Numbered from the stretch's first letter, positions 32,357-41,245 are shown. The stretch: 64,000 nt of DNA from Actinomycetota bacterium (GCA_014384285.1 JACNGE010000014.1:212513-276512), one strand, 5' to 3'. Numbers and translations are program-made. The notes: generated from the sequence alone by a model not told the origin.

Positions 32357-33161
32357 AAATATTTACTATCAGGGTTCCGAAGGGTCTTATTCAGAATCTG
32401 TATTAAGAAGCTATTTCCCACAGAATAGCTATATTCCTTGTCAAACATTTAAAGAAGTTGTTACACAGGCAGGGGATGAAAATTATGGCTTACTCCCAGT
32501 TGAAAACTCACTTGTAGGAACCGTAGTTGATTCATATGAGAACTTGATAGAAAGTGAATTATCAGTTTATGGAGAATTTAAGAAAAAGATAACTCATGCT
32601 CTCATCGGGTTAAAAGACTCAAAAATAGAAATAATTGATAAGGTCATTTCGCACCCTCAAGCTCTTCAGCAGTGCAGTAACTATCTTCAGACCATAAATG
32701 TAGAGTTACAGCCTGTATTCGATACTGCCGGGAGTGTATTAAGTTTACTTGATGAAAACTCTAAAACTACTGCTGGTATTGCTGGTGAGCACTTTGAAGA
32801 TGATGAAAGATTTAATATTTTGAAAAAAAATATTTCAAATCATGTAGAAAACTACACTCGTTTTTTTCTTATTGGAAACAATGATCCTTTTCTAGATGTA
32901 GTTAAAGAAAAAAGATCAGCAGTATTAATAGCTGACGATAAGCCTGGGTCTTTGTTAGCCTCATTAAAAATATTTGAAGAGACGAATGTTAATCTCACAA
33001 AACTTGAATCGAGACCAATAATTGGCAGTCCATGGGAATATAAATTCTATGTTGACTATCAAAATTCAGTTGATGACATCGACATTAAGTTACAAAATAA
33101 ACTGAAGGATGTTACAAAAAAATTTAAGATAATAGGAAAATACGGTACAGTTAATCTTTAA
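32343..33161 (+). CDS. pheA: Prephenate dehydratase with C-terminal ACT domain
   Basis: 272 aa with a PDT domain (TRFFLIG) followed by an ACT domain (PGSLLASLKIFEETNVNLTKLESRP). Confidence 0.85.
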   Translation: MKKIKNIYYQGSEGSYSESVLRSYFPQNSYIPCQTFKEVVTQAGDENYGLLPVENSLVGTVVDSYENLIESELSVYGEFKKKITHALIGLKDSKIEIIDKVISHPQALQQCSNYLQTINVELQPVFDTAGSVLSLLDENSKTTAGIAGEHFEDDERFNILKKNISNHVENYTRFFLIGNNDPFLDVVKEKRSAVLIADDKPGSLLASLKIFEETNVNLTKLESRPIIGSPWEYKFYVDYQNSVDDIDIKLQNKLKDVTKKFKIIGKYGTVNL

Positions 33162-34224
33162 ATTTCCAACTAGAACCAGATTCACTATCTTCGATTGCTA
33201 TATTCAGATTATCAAGTAAGTCACGAATCTCATCAGACTCGCTATATTTTTTTTCATTTCTAAATTTATTCCTTAACTCAATAATTCCTTGAACTGTACT
33301 ATCGAAAAGTGTGGTGTAGGTCTGATTATTTTTCAATTCAAGATTTAATTTTGCTACTTCTTTTTTAAGTATGTTTAAATCAGTTTCATTACGCTTACCT
33401 TGCTTATTGCTTAAGTCAGTTTTTTCTGGCCTAGGGAGAATATCTTGTAAATCACCTAAAGGATACTCAATTCCTCCTCTAAAACTAGTTTGTCCCAACT
33501 TTGTAATTGTTGTAACCTCACCAATGCCTTGCACAGTAAAGGTCTTTTTAGATCCATCTATTACTAGGGCAGTATGTTCATCTATTCCCAATATATTCGT
33601 ATATTCAGAGGATAGAAGATTATTCAATCTGTTCCTTCCTATATAGCTACAACTAGTGTCATGATTCCCACCCTCCTGATTATTAAAATGTGGGACAATT
33701 GTACAACTCAAACCATATAGATCTAATAAATTTAGACCTTTCTCCCAATAAGGATCCATACCAACTTTATATATCTCGTATACAGGAATTGACTTTTGTC
33801 CAAGGACAGTAGCTGCAGCACTTGAAAATACTGCATATTTTCCATTTCTAAGATGATTGGAAATAATGAGCGGAATTTCTGAATTTATCCATGTCTTAGA
33901 TGCATAGCTTGGACTACCTGGACCAGAAAATATGAAATTTGAATTTTTTAACTCTTCAAGCATTTCAAAATAATCAACAGAATCTATCGAGTCTTGAGTT
34001 CTTAAACTAGCTAGTTTGATATCGATTTGGACGCTTTTTTTAAAAAAAAGTTTTAATTTATCAACCAATACATCTGCATTTTCTTGAAAACCAAATGGAG
34101 TATCAATTAAATATGCATTAACTTGGTTATCAATTTGCTTCACAAAATCTCTATGAACAGAGACAAGATTTGGACTTGTTTCTCCTGAGCCCATAATCGC
34201 AATACTGCCTTTAGCTACTTCCAT
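33151..34224 (-). CDS. Peptidase S51-like / class I glutamine-amidotransferase-like hydrolase with C-terminal coiled-coil extension
   Basis: 357 aa. The N-terminal 230 aa resemble the cyanophycinase / dipeptidase E fold (IMGSGETS, candidate nucleophile in FSSAAATVLG). The C-terminal ~100 aa are charged and coiled-coil-like. Convergent with pheA, overlapping it by 11 nt. Confidence 0.4.
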   Translation of the reverse strand: MEVAKGSIAIMGSGETSPNLVSVHRDFVKQIDNQVNAYLIDTPFGFQENADVLVDKLKLFFKKSVQIDIKLASLRTQDSIDSVDYFEMLEELKNSNFIFSGPGSPSYASKTWINSEIPLIISNHLRNGKYAVFSSAAATVLGQKSIPVYEIYKVGMDPYWEKGLNLLDLYGLSCTIVPHFNNQEGGNHDTSCSYIGRNRLNNLLSSEYTNILGIDEHTALVIDGSKKTFTVQGIGEVTTITKLGQTSFRGGIEYPLGDLQDILPRPEKTDLSNKQGKRNETDLNILKKEVAKLNLELKNNQTYTTLFDSTVQGIIELRNKFRNEKKYSESDEIRDLLDNLNIAIEDSESGSSWKFKD

Positions 34225-34276
34225 TTAATCTATTATAGGGATTTATTGAATCTTCTATAAAATGTATAATTAAACT

Positions 34277-35275
34277 ATGTTGAAGATTGTTGTTAAGTTA
34301 CTAGATGTTTTTACTTTAGATTACATTCCAAGACTTCCTATATCTGTCAGAACAAGATTATTTTATATTATTCTTCCATTGAGAAAATATAGAGACAAAA
34401 TTCGAATGAACAAACCAGTTAACCAAGTTACATATCAGGAGAGAGTTGAGTTTGCAAGAGTGTCAAGAGAAGGAATTAATTATTCTGGTATAAAACTAAA
34501 TGAATTCCATCCTGAAGTTGATATTACAAAAATCACAAATGCGAAATTTAACACCCATAAACTTACTCCAAAGAATCCAAAAAGTGATGTTTATGGAATT
34601 TATTTTCATGGAGGCGGTTATTACTCTGGAAGTGTAATCTCTCATAAAAATCTTCTATCTCAAATTACTGCTTCAACAAATATGGTGACATATATATTTG
34701 AGTACAGACTTTCACCTGAAGCAGTTTTTCCAAGCGCTCATGATGATTCAAAAGAAATAGTCACATTTCTAGATAATCTTGAAGTAGGTAAAGATTCTAT
34801 CTGGATTGGAGAGTCAGCTGGTGGTGGACTTGCTACTGGATTATGTGTGGATGACTCATTTAAACTAAGACCGAAGAAACTTATTTTGATGTCTCCTTGG
34901 CTTGATTTATCTAATAAGAATAAAGACAGAAATTATCTCAAAAATAAAGACATCCTAATTCTCCTTGATGGCATGCATATGATGGGAGAGTACTATGCAG
35001 GAGAACATGACCCTTCAAATCCAATTCTTTCTCCAGTTTTTGCTGATTTTAAAGAATTTCCAGATGTGTTAATTCAGGTTTGCTCCAACGAGCTACTTTA
35101 TAACGATGCAGTTGAATTTAGTAAAAAACTAGAGACCATAAATAGTAATTTTGAATTACAGGTTTGGGATAACTTATGGCATGCTTGGCAATTTTTTCCT
35201 ATAAAAGAAGCCGAAGATGCTCGAGAAAAAATAGTAAAGTTTGTTAACAGTGAGTCTTATTCCTCATCTAAGTGA
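34277..35275 (+). CDS. Alpha/beta-hydrolase, esterase/lipase (hormone-sensitive-lipase-like)
   Basis: Oxyanion motif HGGGY and nucleophile elbow GESAGG. The N-terminal ~45 aa are uncertain, since the true start may be the internal Met before NKPVNQ. Confidence 0.6.
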   Translation: MLKIVVKLLDVFTLDYIPRLPISVRTRLFYIILPLRKYRDKIRMNKPVNQVTYQERVEFARVSREGINYSGIKLNEFHPEVDITKITNAKFNTHKLTPKNPKSDVYGIYFHGGGYYSGSVISHKNLLSQITASTNMVTYIFEYRLSPEAVFPSAHDDSKEIVTFLDNLEVGKDSIWIGESAGGGLATGLCVDDSFKLRPKKLILMSPWLDLSNKNKDRNYLKNKDILILLDGMHMMGEYYAGEHDPSNPILSPVFADFKEFPDVLIQVCSNELLYNDAVEFSKKLETINSNFELQVWDNLWHAWQFFPIKEAEDAREKIVKFVNSESYSSSK

Positions 35276-36003
35276 TGTAAAGCAAAGCCAAATGGAAGTT
35301 CTAAACGATTTTCTTTCATAATTTTATCGTTTGTAAGCAGTTCCTTGGTTACTCCATCCTGAGTTATAGATCCACCATTAACAACTATGCTTCGAGGACA
35401 GATTTCTAGTGCCATTGGTAAATCATGTGTGACGAGTATTATTGAAATTTCCAGAGATAAAAGTATATCAATTAATTCTCTTCTTGATGAAGGATCAAGG
35501 TTAGAGCTAGGTTCATCAAGGACAAGTAATTGAGGTTTTGAAGCCAAAACACTAGCAATTGCAACTTTTCTTTTTTGGCCAAAACTTAAATGATGAGGTG
35601 CTTTATTTTGATATTTATTCATACCCACCATATTTAGCGCTTCGACGGCATTTTTCATACTAGCTTCATCTGAAAAGCCAAAATTTTTTGGTCCAAACAT
35701 GACATCTTCTAAAACAGTAGGCATGAATAGCTGGTCATCGGGGTCTTGAAAAACAACACCAACTGTTTTTCTGATTTGAGCCAGATTATCTTCTATGAAC
35801 TCCATATTGTCTAACTTAATAGAACTGTCCATAGCTCCTAATATCCCATTTAAATGGAGAATCAAAGTAGTTTTGCCTGCCCCGTTTGGACCTAATATCC
35901 CTAATGAGTCACCTTCATCAAGGTTAAAACTTATGCCATTTAGAGCTTTGTACCCATCAGGATATTCGTATGTTAAATTTGAAATTTCTAAATATTTACT
36001 CAT
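35257..36003 (-). CDS. ECF / cobalt-type ABC transporter ATPase (CbiO/EcfA family)
   Basis: 248 aa with Walker A GPNGAGKTT, signature LSFGQKRKVAIA, and Walker B LLVLDEP. Confidence 0.8.
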   Translation of the reverse strand: MSKYLEISNLTYEYPDGYKALNGISFNLDEGDSLGILGPNGAGKTTLILHLNGILGAMDSSIKLDNMEFIEDNLAQIRKTVGVVFQDPDDQLFMPTVLEDVMFGPKNFGFSDEASMKNAVEALNMVGMNKYQNKAPHHLSFGQKRKVAIASVLASKPQLLVLDEPSSNLDPSSRRELIDILLSLEISIILVTHDLPMALEICPRSIVVNGGSITQDGVTKELLTNDKIMKENRLELPFGFALHHLDEE

Positions 36004-36767
36004 ATTTGTAGATCCATAATCAAAACTATTATTGATATAAGTGTGAGTAATACTAGGTAGTTGGAATTGTTATATTCTCTATCTTGGAGTTCAATGACTC
36101 CGTTAAATCCTCTTGAGACCATAGAGAGGTAAACCCTTTCTCCACGCTCATAACCCCTTATTAACATTGCTCCAGAAGCATAAGCGATTGGTAAAAGTGT
36201 CTTTATACCTTTTTCTATATAACCCCTAGATTGCATTGAAATTCTGACACGCTTAAATTCATCAATAAAAACATCTATATATCTTATAGAGAAGGACATT
36301 ATTGCAATTATTATTGAAGGGAGTTTTAATTTTTGTAGACCGTATATAATTTCAATATTTGTTGTAACTGCAGTTAAAACAATTCCCATAGATACTCCAG
36401 CTGTAGCTTTAAAGAGAATTGCAGACATTTCCAGCAGACCTGTTTTATAAATATCTAAAGAAAAAAAAGTAAATACCGCATCATTATTACCACTGCTTAG
36501 AAAGGGGAGGAAGATAGCAAATAGCACAAATGGGATGTCGATGGTAAGACGTTTTAGATAAGTTTTAACTGGAATTCTGGAAAATTTAATTATAAGCAAC
36601 ACAATGAGCGCGTGAGAAATTATTTGAAAAGGATTTATAATTTTTGAAAAAGCAATAGAGACAACAATTAACAAAGTGGCGAGAATTTTAGATTGTGGGC
36701 TTAATGTATAAAGTATTGATTCATCATGAAGGGAAAGATGGTGGGAGTGGGTTGTTTGCATATACAT
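36000..36767 (-). CDS. ECF transporter transmembrane T component (CbiQ/EcfT family)
   Basis: 255 aa polytopic membrane protein with CbiQ-like sequence. Translationally coupled to the downstream ATPase. Confidence 0.7.
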   Translation of the reverse strand: MYMQTTHSHHLSLHDESILYTLSPQSKILATLLIVVSIAFSKIINPFQIISHALIVLLIIKFSRIPVKTYLKRLTIDIPFVLFAIFLPFLSSGNNDAVFTFFSLDIYKTGLLEMSAILFKATAGVSMGIVLTAVTTNIEIIYGLQKLKLPSIIIAIMSFSIRYIDVFIDEFKRVRISMQSRGYIEKGIKTLLPIAYASGAMLIRGYERGERVYLSMVSRGFNGVIELQDREYNNSNYLVLLTLISIIVLIMDLQI

Positions 36768-36799
36768 ATCTTAATGCAAACAGTTTGCAAAAAGAATAA

Positions 36800-37216
36800 T
36801 TATTTACAGTTTTCGCAGATTCCAGAGTAGATAAAATTATTGTTAATACTTGTAAATTTTGTTTCCTTCATTAATAATTTATTAATTTTTGTAAATGTTT
36901 CAAAGCTTATATCAATGATTCTTTCACAGCTCATACAAATTAAGTGCATGATATTCTCTTCATTTCGAAGGAAATAAATTCCTGAACCGTGTGCTCGGTG
37001 CAAGTGCGCTATTAATCCAATCTGTCCAAGTAATTCTAAAGTTCTATAAACTGTAGCAAGGTCAACTTCAGAGCTCTTCTTAGTTACTTTTTTGTACAAT
37101 TCGTCAACCGTGAAGTGTGCATGCCCAGAATTTTCAAGAATTTCACAAATAAGCTCTCTTGATTTAGTAACCCTGTGACCCTTTTTCTTAATCTCGCCTA
37201 TCAAGTTCATATTCAA
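36800..37216 (-). CDS. Fur-family metalloregulator (Fur/Zur/Nur/PerR; specificity not assignable)
   Basis: 138 aa with a winged-helix N-terminus, an HxH site (HLHRAHG), and two CxxC pairs (CMSC, CENC). Confidence 0.8.
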   Translation of the reverse strand: MNMNLIGEIKKKGHRVTKSRELICEILENSGHAHFTVDELYKKVTKKSSEVDLATVYRTLELLGQIGLIAHLHRAHGSGIYFLRNEENIMHLICMSCERIIDISFETFTKINKLLMKETKFTSINNNFIYSGICENCK

Positions 37217-37249
37217 AGTATAATTTACTTAACTACAAAAATTATTTAT

Positions 37250-37723
37250 ATGAAAAAATCAATTTTTAGAATACTCAATAGGTATAGCCTTATATATCTG
37301 CCAGTCGGTTGGATTGTTGGGTTGGCAATAATTTTTATAACATTTGAACCATTCGCTGTTCTTTATTTTTTAAGTTTTGTGGTTATTGGTGCTTTTTTTG
37401 GTTTATATTTATTTACTTCTAATAGGGGGCTGGTAATTGATGATCATAATTTTTCTGCAAGCAGGTTTACAATTATTGAGTTTTATTCAGACTATTGACT
37501 AGGTTGTAGTGCATCAAAATTCATAGTTAATGAGTTTAAAAAAAAGAAACCAGATATTCCTGTTGTTTCGGTGAATGCTTCAAAGAAGAATTACAATGAC
37601 ACAGTAGCAAAGTATAATTTGGAGTATACCCCAACCTATGTTCTTGTAGACAGAAATGCAGAATTGGTTTACAAAAGAGTTGGTAATTTTAAGTTAGAGA
37701 AGTTTGAATCCCTAACAACTTGA
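37250..37723 (+). CDS. Candidate selenoprotein: membrane-anchored thioredoxin-fold thiol:disulfide oxidoreductase (TlpA/ResA-like) with in-frame TGA giving a UxxC motif
   Basis: Two TM helices are followed by ...FTIIEFYSDY-TGA(37496)-LGCSASKF...PVVSVNAS...YTPTYVLVDRNAELVYKRVGNF. This aligns to the ResA/TlpA pattern (FLNFWGTWCEPCKKEFP...VEIVAVNV...LPTTFLID) with the TGA exactly at the first Cys of CxxC. The 74 codons after the TGA stay open in the same frame and contain no in-frame start other than a GTG that would bisect the fold. Confidence 0.4.
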
Positions 37724-38059
37724 CTAAGCTATTTTATCTCCAATCGAAGCTTTGTCTTCTGGTGATATTAGATTGACTGTATTATCTTTTGAAATTGAGC
37801 CTAAAATTAAGCACTGACTTATAATTGGACCAATTTGTTTGTCTCCTAGGTTGATTACTGCGATACACTTTCTGCCAATTAAAGATTCTTTTTTGTAATT
37901 TGTAATTTGAGCACTTGTTTTTTTAATCCCAATATTCTCACCAAAATTTATCTCAAGAACGTAGGAGGGATTCATAGCTTCAGGAAAATCTTGTACGTCT
38001 ATTATTTCACCAACTCTTATATCAAGTGAAGCGAAATTATTTAAGTTTTCTTTAACCAT
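37724..38059 (-). CDS. tRNA-binding domain protein (CsaA/Trbp111-like, EMAP-type OB fold)
   Basis: 111 aa with DIRVGEI...KKTSAQI...KCIAVINLGDKQIGPIISQCLILG, typical of standalone tRNA-binding proteins. Confidence 0.7.
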   Translation of the reverse strand: MVKENLNNFASLDIRVGEIIDVQDFPEAMNPSYVLEINFGENIGIKKTSAQITNYKKESLIGRKCIAVINLGDKQIGPIISQCLILGSISKDNTVNLISPEDKASIGDKIA

Positions 38060-38087
38060 AACTCAAAGTTAATTACATAATTAAATT

Positions 38088-38627
38088 ATGTCAAAAGTAT
38101 TACTTTTATCAGCTGGGTCCACCAACACGTCAGGTAATAAAAAAGCTGCTGAATACACTAAGAAGTATTTGAAGCAAAAAGAAATAGTATCCTATTTATA
38201 TGACGATTTATATAGTGAAATACCTTTTATACTAGAGGGTGGTTCAGAGCAACCAGAAAAAATAATACAAATTAGAGATACTTTAGTAAGTTGTAATCAT
38301 TTAATAATTTTTAGTCCAGTATTTAATGGTGGTTACGCTTCACATCTTAAAAATACTTTAGATTGGCTGTCATTAGCATTTGATGATTATAAATATAATG
38401 AATTATTCAAAAACAAAAAAGCAGCAATTGTGTCTGCCGTCCTTGGAAAAGGTGGAAACTCATACAATGCCTACAGTTCACTTTCTTCTCAACTCGAAAA
38501 TTATGGATTGAAAGTTTTCAAAGATTTTTATCTATTTTCATCCAATAACAACTTAGAACAAAGACTCAGAGAAAATACACAAATTAAGGAATTTAATAAT
38601 TTTTTAGATGACTATTTAAAAAATTAG
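38088..38627 (+). CDS. NAD(P)H-dependent FMN reductase-like flavoprotein (flavodoxin fold)
   Basis: 179 aa with the N-terminal LLLSAGSTNTSGN loop and overall NADPH-dependent FMN reductase family similarity. Confidence 0.55.
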   Translation: MSKVLLLSAGSTNTSGNKKAAEYTKKYLKQKEIVSYLYDDLYSEIPFILEGGSEQPEKIIQIRDTLVSCNHLIIFSPVFNGGYASHLKNTLDWLSLAFDDYKYNELFKNKKAAIVSAVLGKGGNSYNAYSSLSSQLENYGLKVFKDFYLFSSNNNLEQRLRENTQIKEFNNFLDDYLKN

Positions 38628-39341
38628 TCGCTCATTCACCCTTTGATAAAGTAATTCTGTAAGTTCATCAACTTCATAATTTTGAATATCGGTAATCGGG
38701 TCTAATATTTCAATATCGATTTTTCCAGATTTCAACCACACACCACCCTTAACCATTAAATCATGGGCATTATGGGTTACAACAGGAACAATTGGTAAAT
38801 TAAATTGTTTAGCTATATGTGCTGCACCTTTTTTAAAAGGGAGTAAAGTTTTCTGATTACTCCTAGTTCCCTCAGGAAAAATCATAATAGAGTTTTTGTC
38901 ATCAATGACTCTCTGGATTGAGTCATTGATTTTAGGAAGATTAATTTGAGCTCTCTTTCTATCAATTCTTGGAAGTCCAAGAAGTTTTAAAACACGGCTT
39001 AGGAGGGGAATTCTAAATAGTTCAGTTTTAGTAAGAAATCTAATTGAAACTGGAAGTGCTGTGATATGCGTAAAAATATCTAAAGTTGAGGGATGGTTTG
39101 AAATTACAACATAACTTTTAGTAGTTTCTATCTTTTCAACTCCTGAAACTTTTAAGTTTATTCCAGCTACTTTAAGTCCAGACAGTCCAAAGAAGTTATA
39201 AAGCTTAGTTGCTAGGTATTTTCCATTTGGCAGAAATGAGACAAAAATAATTGTAATTAATAGCAAAATAAAAAACACTATGTAAAGAGGAAGTAATATA
39301 AATGTCCTCAATCGATCTTTAGAAGAAAGCTGAACACTCAT
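38616..39341 (-). CDS. plsC: 1-acyl-sn-glycerol-3-phosphate acyltransferase
   Basis: HxxxxD motif (NHPSTLD) and FPEGTRS motif, with an N-terminal TM anchor. Confidence 0.8.
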   Translation of the reverse strand: MSVQLSSKDRLRTFILLPLYIVFFILLLITIIFVSFLPNGKYLATKLYNFFGLSGLKVAGINLKVSGVEKIETTKSYVVISNHPSTLDIFTHITALPVSIRFLTKTELFRIPLLSRVLKLLGLPRIDRKRAQINLPKINDSIQRVIDDKNSIMIFPEGTRSNQKTLLPFKKGAAHIAKQFNLPIVPVVTHNAHDLMVKGGVWLKSGKIDIEILDPITDIQNYEVDELTELLYQRVNERLIF

Positions 39342-39388
39342 AAATATATGATATACAAGATTTTTATTTTTTTAGAGATTTTTAATTG

Positions 39389-39982
39389 TCACCTTAAATC
39401 AAAATACGGAATTACTAACTGTACTACAGGTCCAATTGATACAGCTATTACTACTGAAGATAAGCCAACAGTACCTCCTAAAAGCCAGCCTAAACCTAAA
39501 GCCGTTACTTCAATTATGTTCCTAGCCATCCCAATTTTTAAACCCCTACTTTCAAGACCAACCATAACACCATCCCTAGGACCTGAACCCATATCTGCTC
39601 CAACATAAATTGCTGTACCAGAACCAATGCAAATAATTCCTATAATTACAAGCACCCATTTAACAATTAAACTCTCAGAATCAATTCCGAGGCTAATTAC
39701 TAGATCTGCAACTGTGCCAATCCAGAAAATATCAACGAAAGTTGCAATTCCTGGTTTTTGCTTCAGGGGTATCCAAAGAAGGGTGACAAAAATTCCTGTA
39801 GCAATTATTGCACTTCCAAAAGATAGGGTTGTATTCATTGAAATACCCTCATGAAACACACCCCAAGGTCCAAGGCCTAATCTAGAAGAAAAATTTAGAG
39901 CTACACCGGTGCCAATTAGGGTTGTTCCAACAAATACTTGAATTAGTTTTCTTGAAGTTAAAGCCATATAACAATGTAACAT
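39389..39982 (-). CDS. YczE/YitT-like integral membrane protein
   Basis: 197 aa, about six TM segments with Gly-rich helices. The true start may be Met at 39967. Confidence 0.45.
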   Translation of the reverse strand: MLHCYMALTSRKLIQVFVGTTLIGTGVALNFSSRLGLGPWGVFHEGISMNTTLSFGSAIIATGIFVTLLWIPLKQKPGIATFVDIFWIGTVADLVISLGIDSESLIVKWVLVIIGIICIGSGTAIYVGADMGSGPRDGVMVGLESRGLKIGMARNIIEVTALGLGWLLGGTVGLSSVVIAVSIGPVVQLVIPYFDLR

Positions 39983-40017
39983 TTATTTCTTGCAACGAAG
40001 AGTACTACAATAAAAAT

Positions 40018-40725
40018 ATGAAAAAAATATTACCTTTTCTTTTATTGCTTTCTTTCTGTACCGCAGACAGCTCAGAGTCCTTGCTAGACATAGAAGACAG
40101 TCCTAATAGTTCTATGTCAGAGGAACCTGTTCAGACATCTACAAGTACATCTATTGAGGTAACTCAGCTTGAGTCCTTTGAAGAGGCAGTATATAAGGTG
40201 AATAAAGAAATGAGCTCTGTTAGTTACTTAGCTCCAAAGCAGTTCTTAAATGCAAATCTAGAAATCGTTGAGGGAGTTACTAGAGAAATTTCTGGGGAAT
40301 TCAGAATCACATTAGGTGACTGTGATTCTGCAGACTCTTGTCTGCAGGTTAGAGATTTAATTATATCTGCAGACTTAACTACGTTAAAAAGTGGTAGCAG
40401 CATTAGAGATGGTGCAATTCAAAATAATTGGCTGGAGTCAAAACTCTTCCCCGAAGCAATTTATACAGTAGATGAAATTGTATTTCCTAATAACAACTTT
40501 GATTCAAAAATAGATGAGACAATTGTTGGCATTTTAACTGTAAGAAATATTGAAGTAAATGTTCCTTTTTCAATAACTGCATACATGGAAAATGAGATTA
40601 TATACGTCTCTGGTATTACTGAAATTGACACAACTTGGTTTGGATTTGATGCTCCAACTAAATTTAATGCTTGGGAGGTTCTAAATCCCATAGGTATAAA
40701 AATATCTATTGTTGCAGAAAAATAA
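40018..40725 (+). CDS. YceI-like (polyisoprenoid-binding) lipoprotein
   Basis: Signal peptide MKKILPFLLLLSFC followed by a YceI-like beta-barrel sequence (LTTLKSGSSIRDGAI...). The ORF-track start at 39922 overlaps the upstream gene. Confidence 0.6.
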   Translation: MKKILPFLLLLSFCTADSSESLLDIEDSPNSSMSEEPVQTSTSTSIEVTQLESFEEAVYKVNKEMSSVSYLAPKQFLNANLEIVEGVTREISGEFRITLGDCDSADSCLQVRDLIISADLTTLKSGSSIRDGAIQNNWLESKLFPEAIYTVDEIVFPNNNFDSKIDETIVGILTVRNIEVNVPFSITAYMENEIIYVSGITEIDTTWFGFDAPTKFNAWEVLNPIGIKISIVAEK

Positions 40726-41245
40726 AATATTGAAACTGAAACTTAAATACAAAGAATTAAACATACAAAACGAATCAAAGAAAGAAAACTATGCAGCAGT
40801 TGCTATTTTGATATACGATGAAAAAGAAATTTTATTTATCAAACGGTCCAACGACATGCCAACTCACAAAGGACATATAGCTTTTCCAGGAGGAAAAAAA
40901 GAAATAGATGATCTTAGTATCGTAGATACTGCCACTAGGGAAGCATCCGAAGAGTTATTGATTTCAAGAACTGATGTCCAACCCTTTGGACAACTAGACC
41001 CAGTTGATACTATAGAATTTAAAAATAAAGTATATCCAATTTTATGTAGCCTGTCTAAATTACCTACATCCTACAACAAATCAGAAGTCCAATCTGTATT
41101 TCTTGTTCCAATAGAGGAATTAAGAGACACCAATAATTGGCGTTTTAGAGGTGTCTATCCCCAAGATTGGGTATTCAAAATTGAGCAAGAAACGTTGTGG
41201 GGAGCAACTGCAAAAATTACTAGGGAATTATTAAGTTTAAGCTAA
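40709..41245 (+). CDS. Nudix hydrolase, CoA-pyrophosphatase-like
   Basis: Nudix box GGKKEIDDLSIVDTATREASEELLI, with an N-terminal region resembling NudL-type enzymes. Confidence 0.7.
   Translation: MLQKNKILKLKLKYKELNIQNESKKENYAAVAILIYDEKEILFIKRSNDMPTHKGHIAFPGGKKEIDDLSIVDTATREASEELLISRTDVQPFGQLDPVDTIEFKNKVYPILCSLSKLPTSYNKSEVQSVFLVPIEELRDTNNWRFRGVYPQDWVFKIEQETLWGATAKITRELLSLS

Noticed and set aside
37175-37498. ORF-track 107-aa protein treated as a complete gene ending at the TGA
   Set aside because: Its first 25 codons overlap the Fur-family gene start on the opposite strand. The protein would also end in the middle of a thioredoxin-fold strand. The Met at 37250 is the likely start, and the TGA is either recoded (Sec) or a lesion; see the finding at 37250-37723.
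37546-37569. Hairpin gaaac-cag-atattc-ctg-tt-gtttc downstream of the in-frame TGA as a possible bSECIS
   Set aside because: It starts about 47 nt after the UGA, farther than typical bacterial SECIS elements. I could not find a convincing closer stem-loop by eye, so this is left unresolved rather than called.
39348-39854. Two plus-strand ORFs (86 and 75 aa) between plsC and the YceI-like gene
   Set aside because: Both are antisense to the YczE-like membrane protein gene and have Pro/Thr-rich low-complexity translations.
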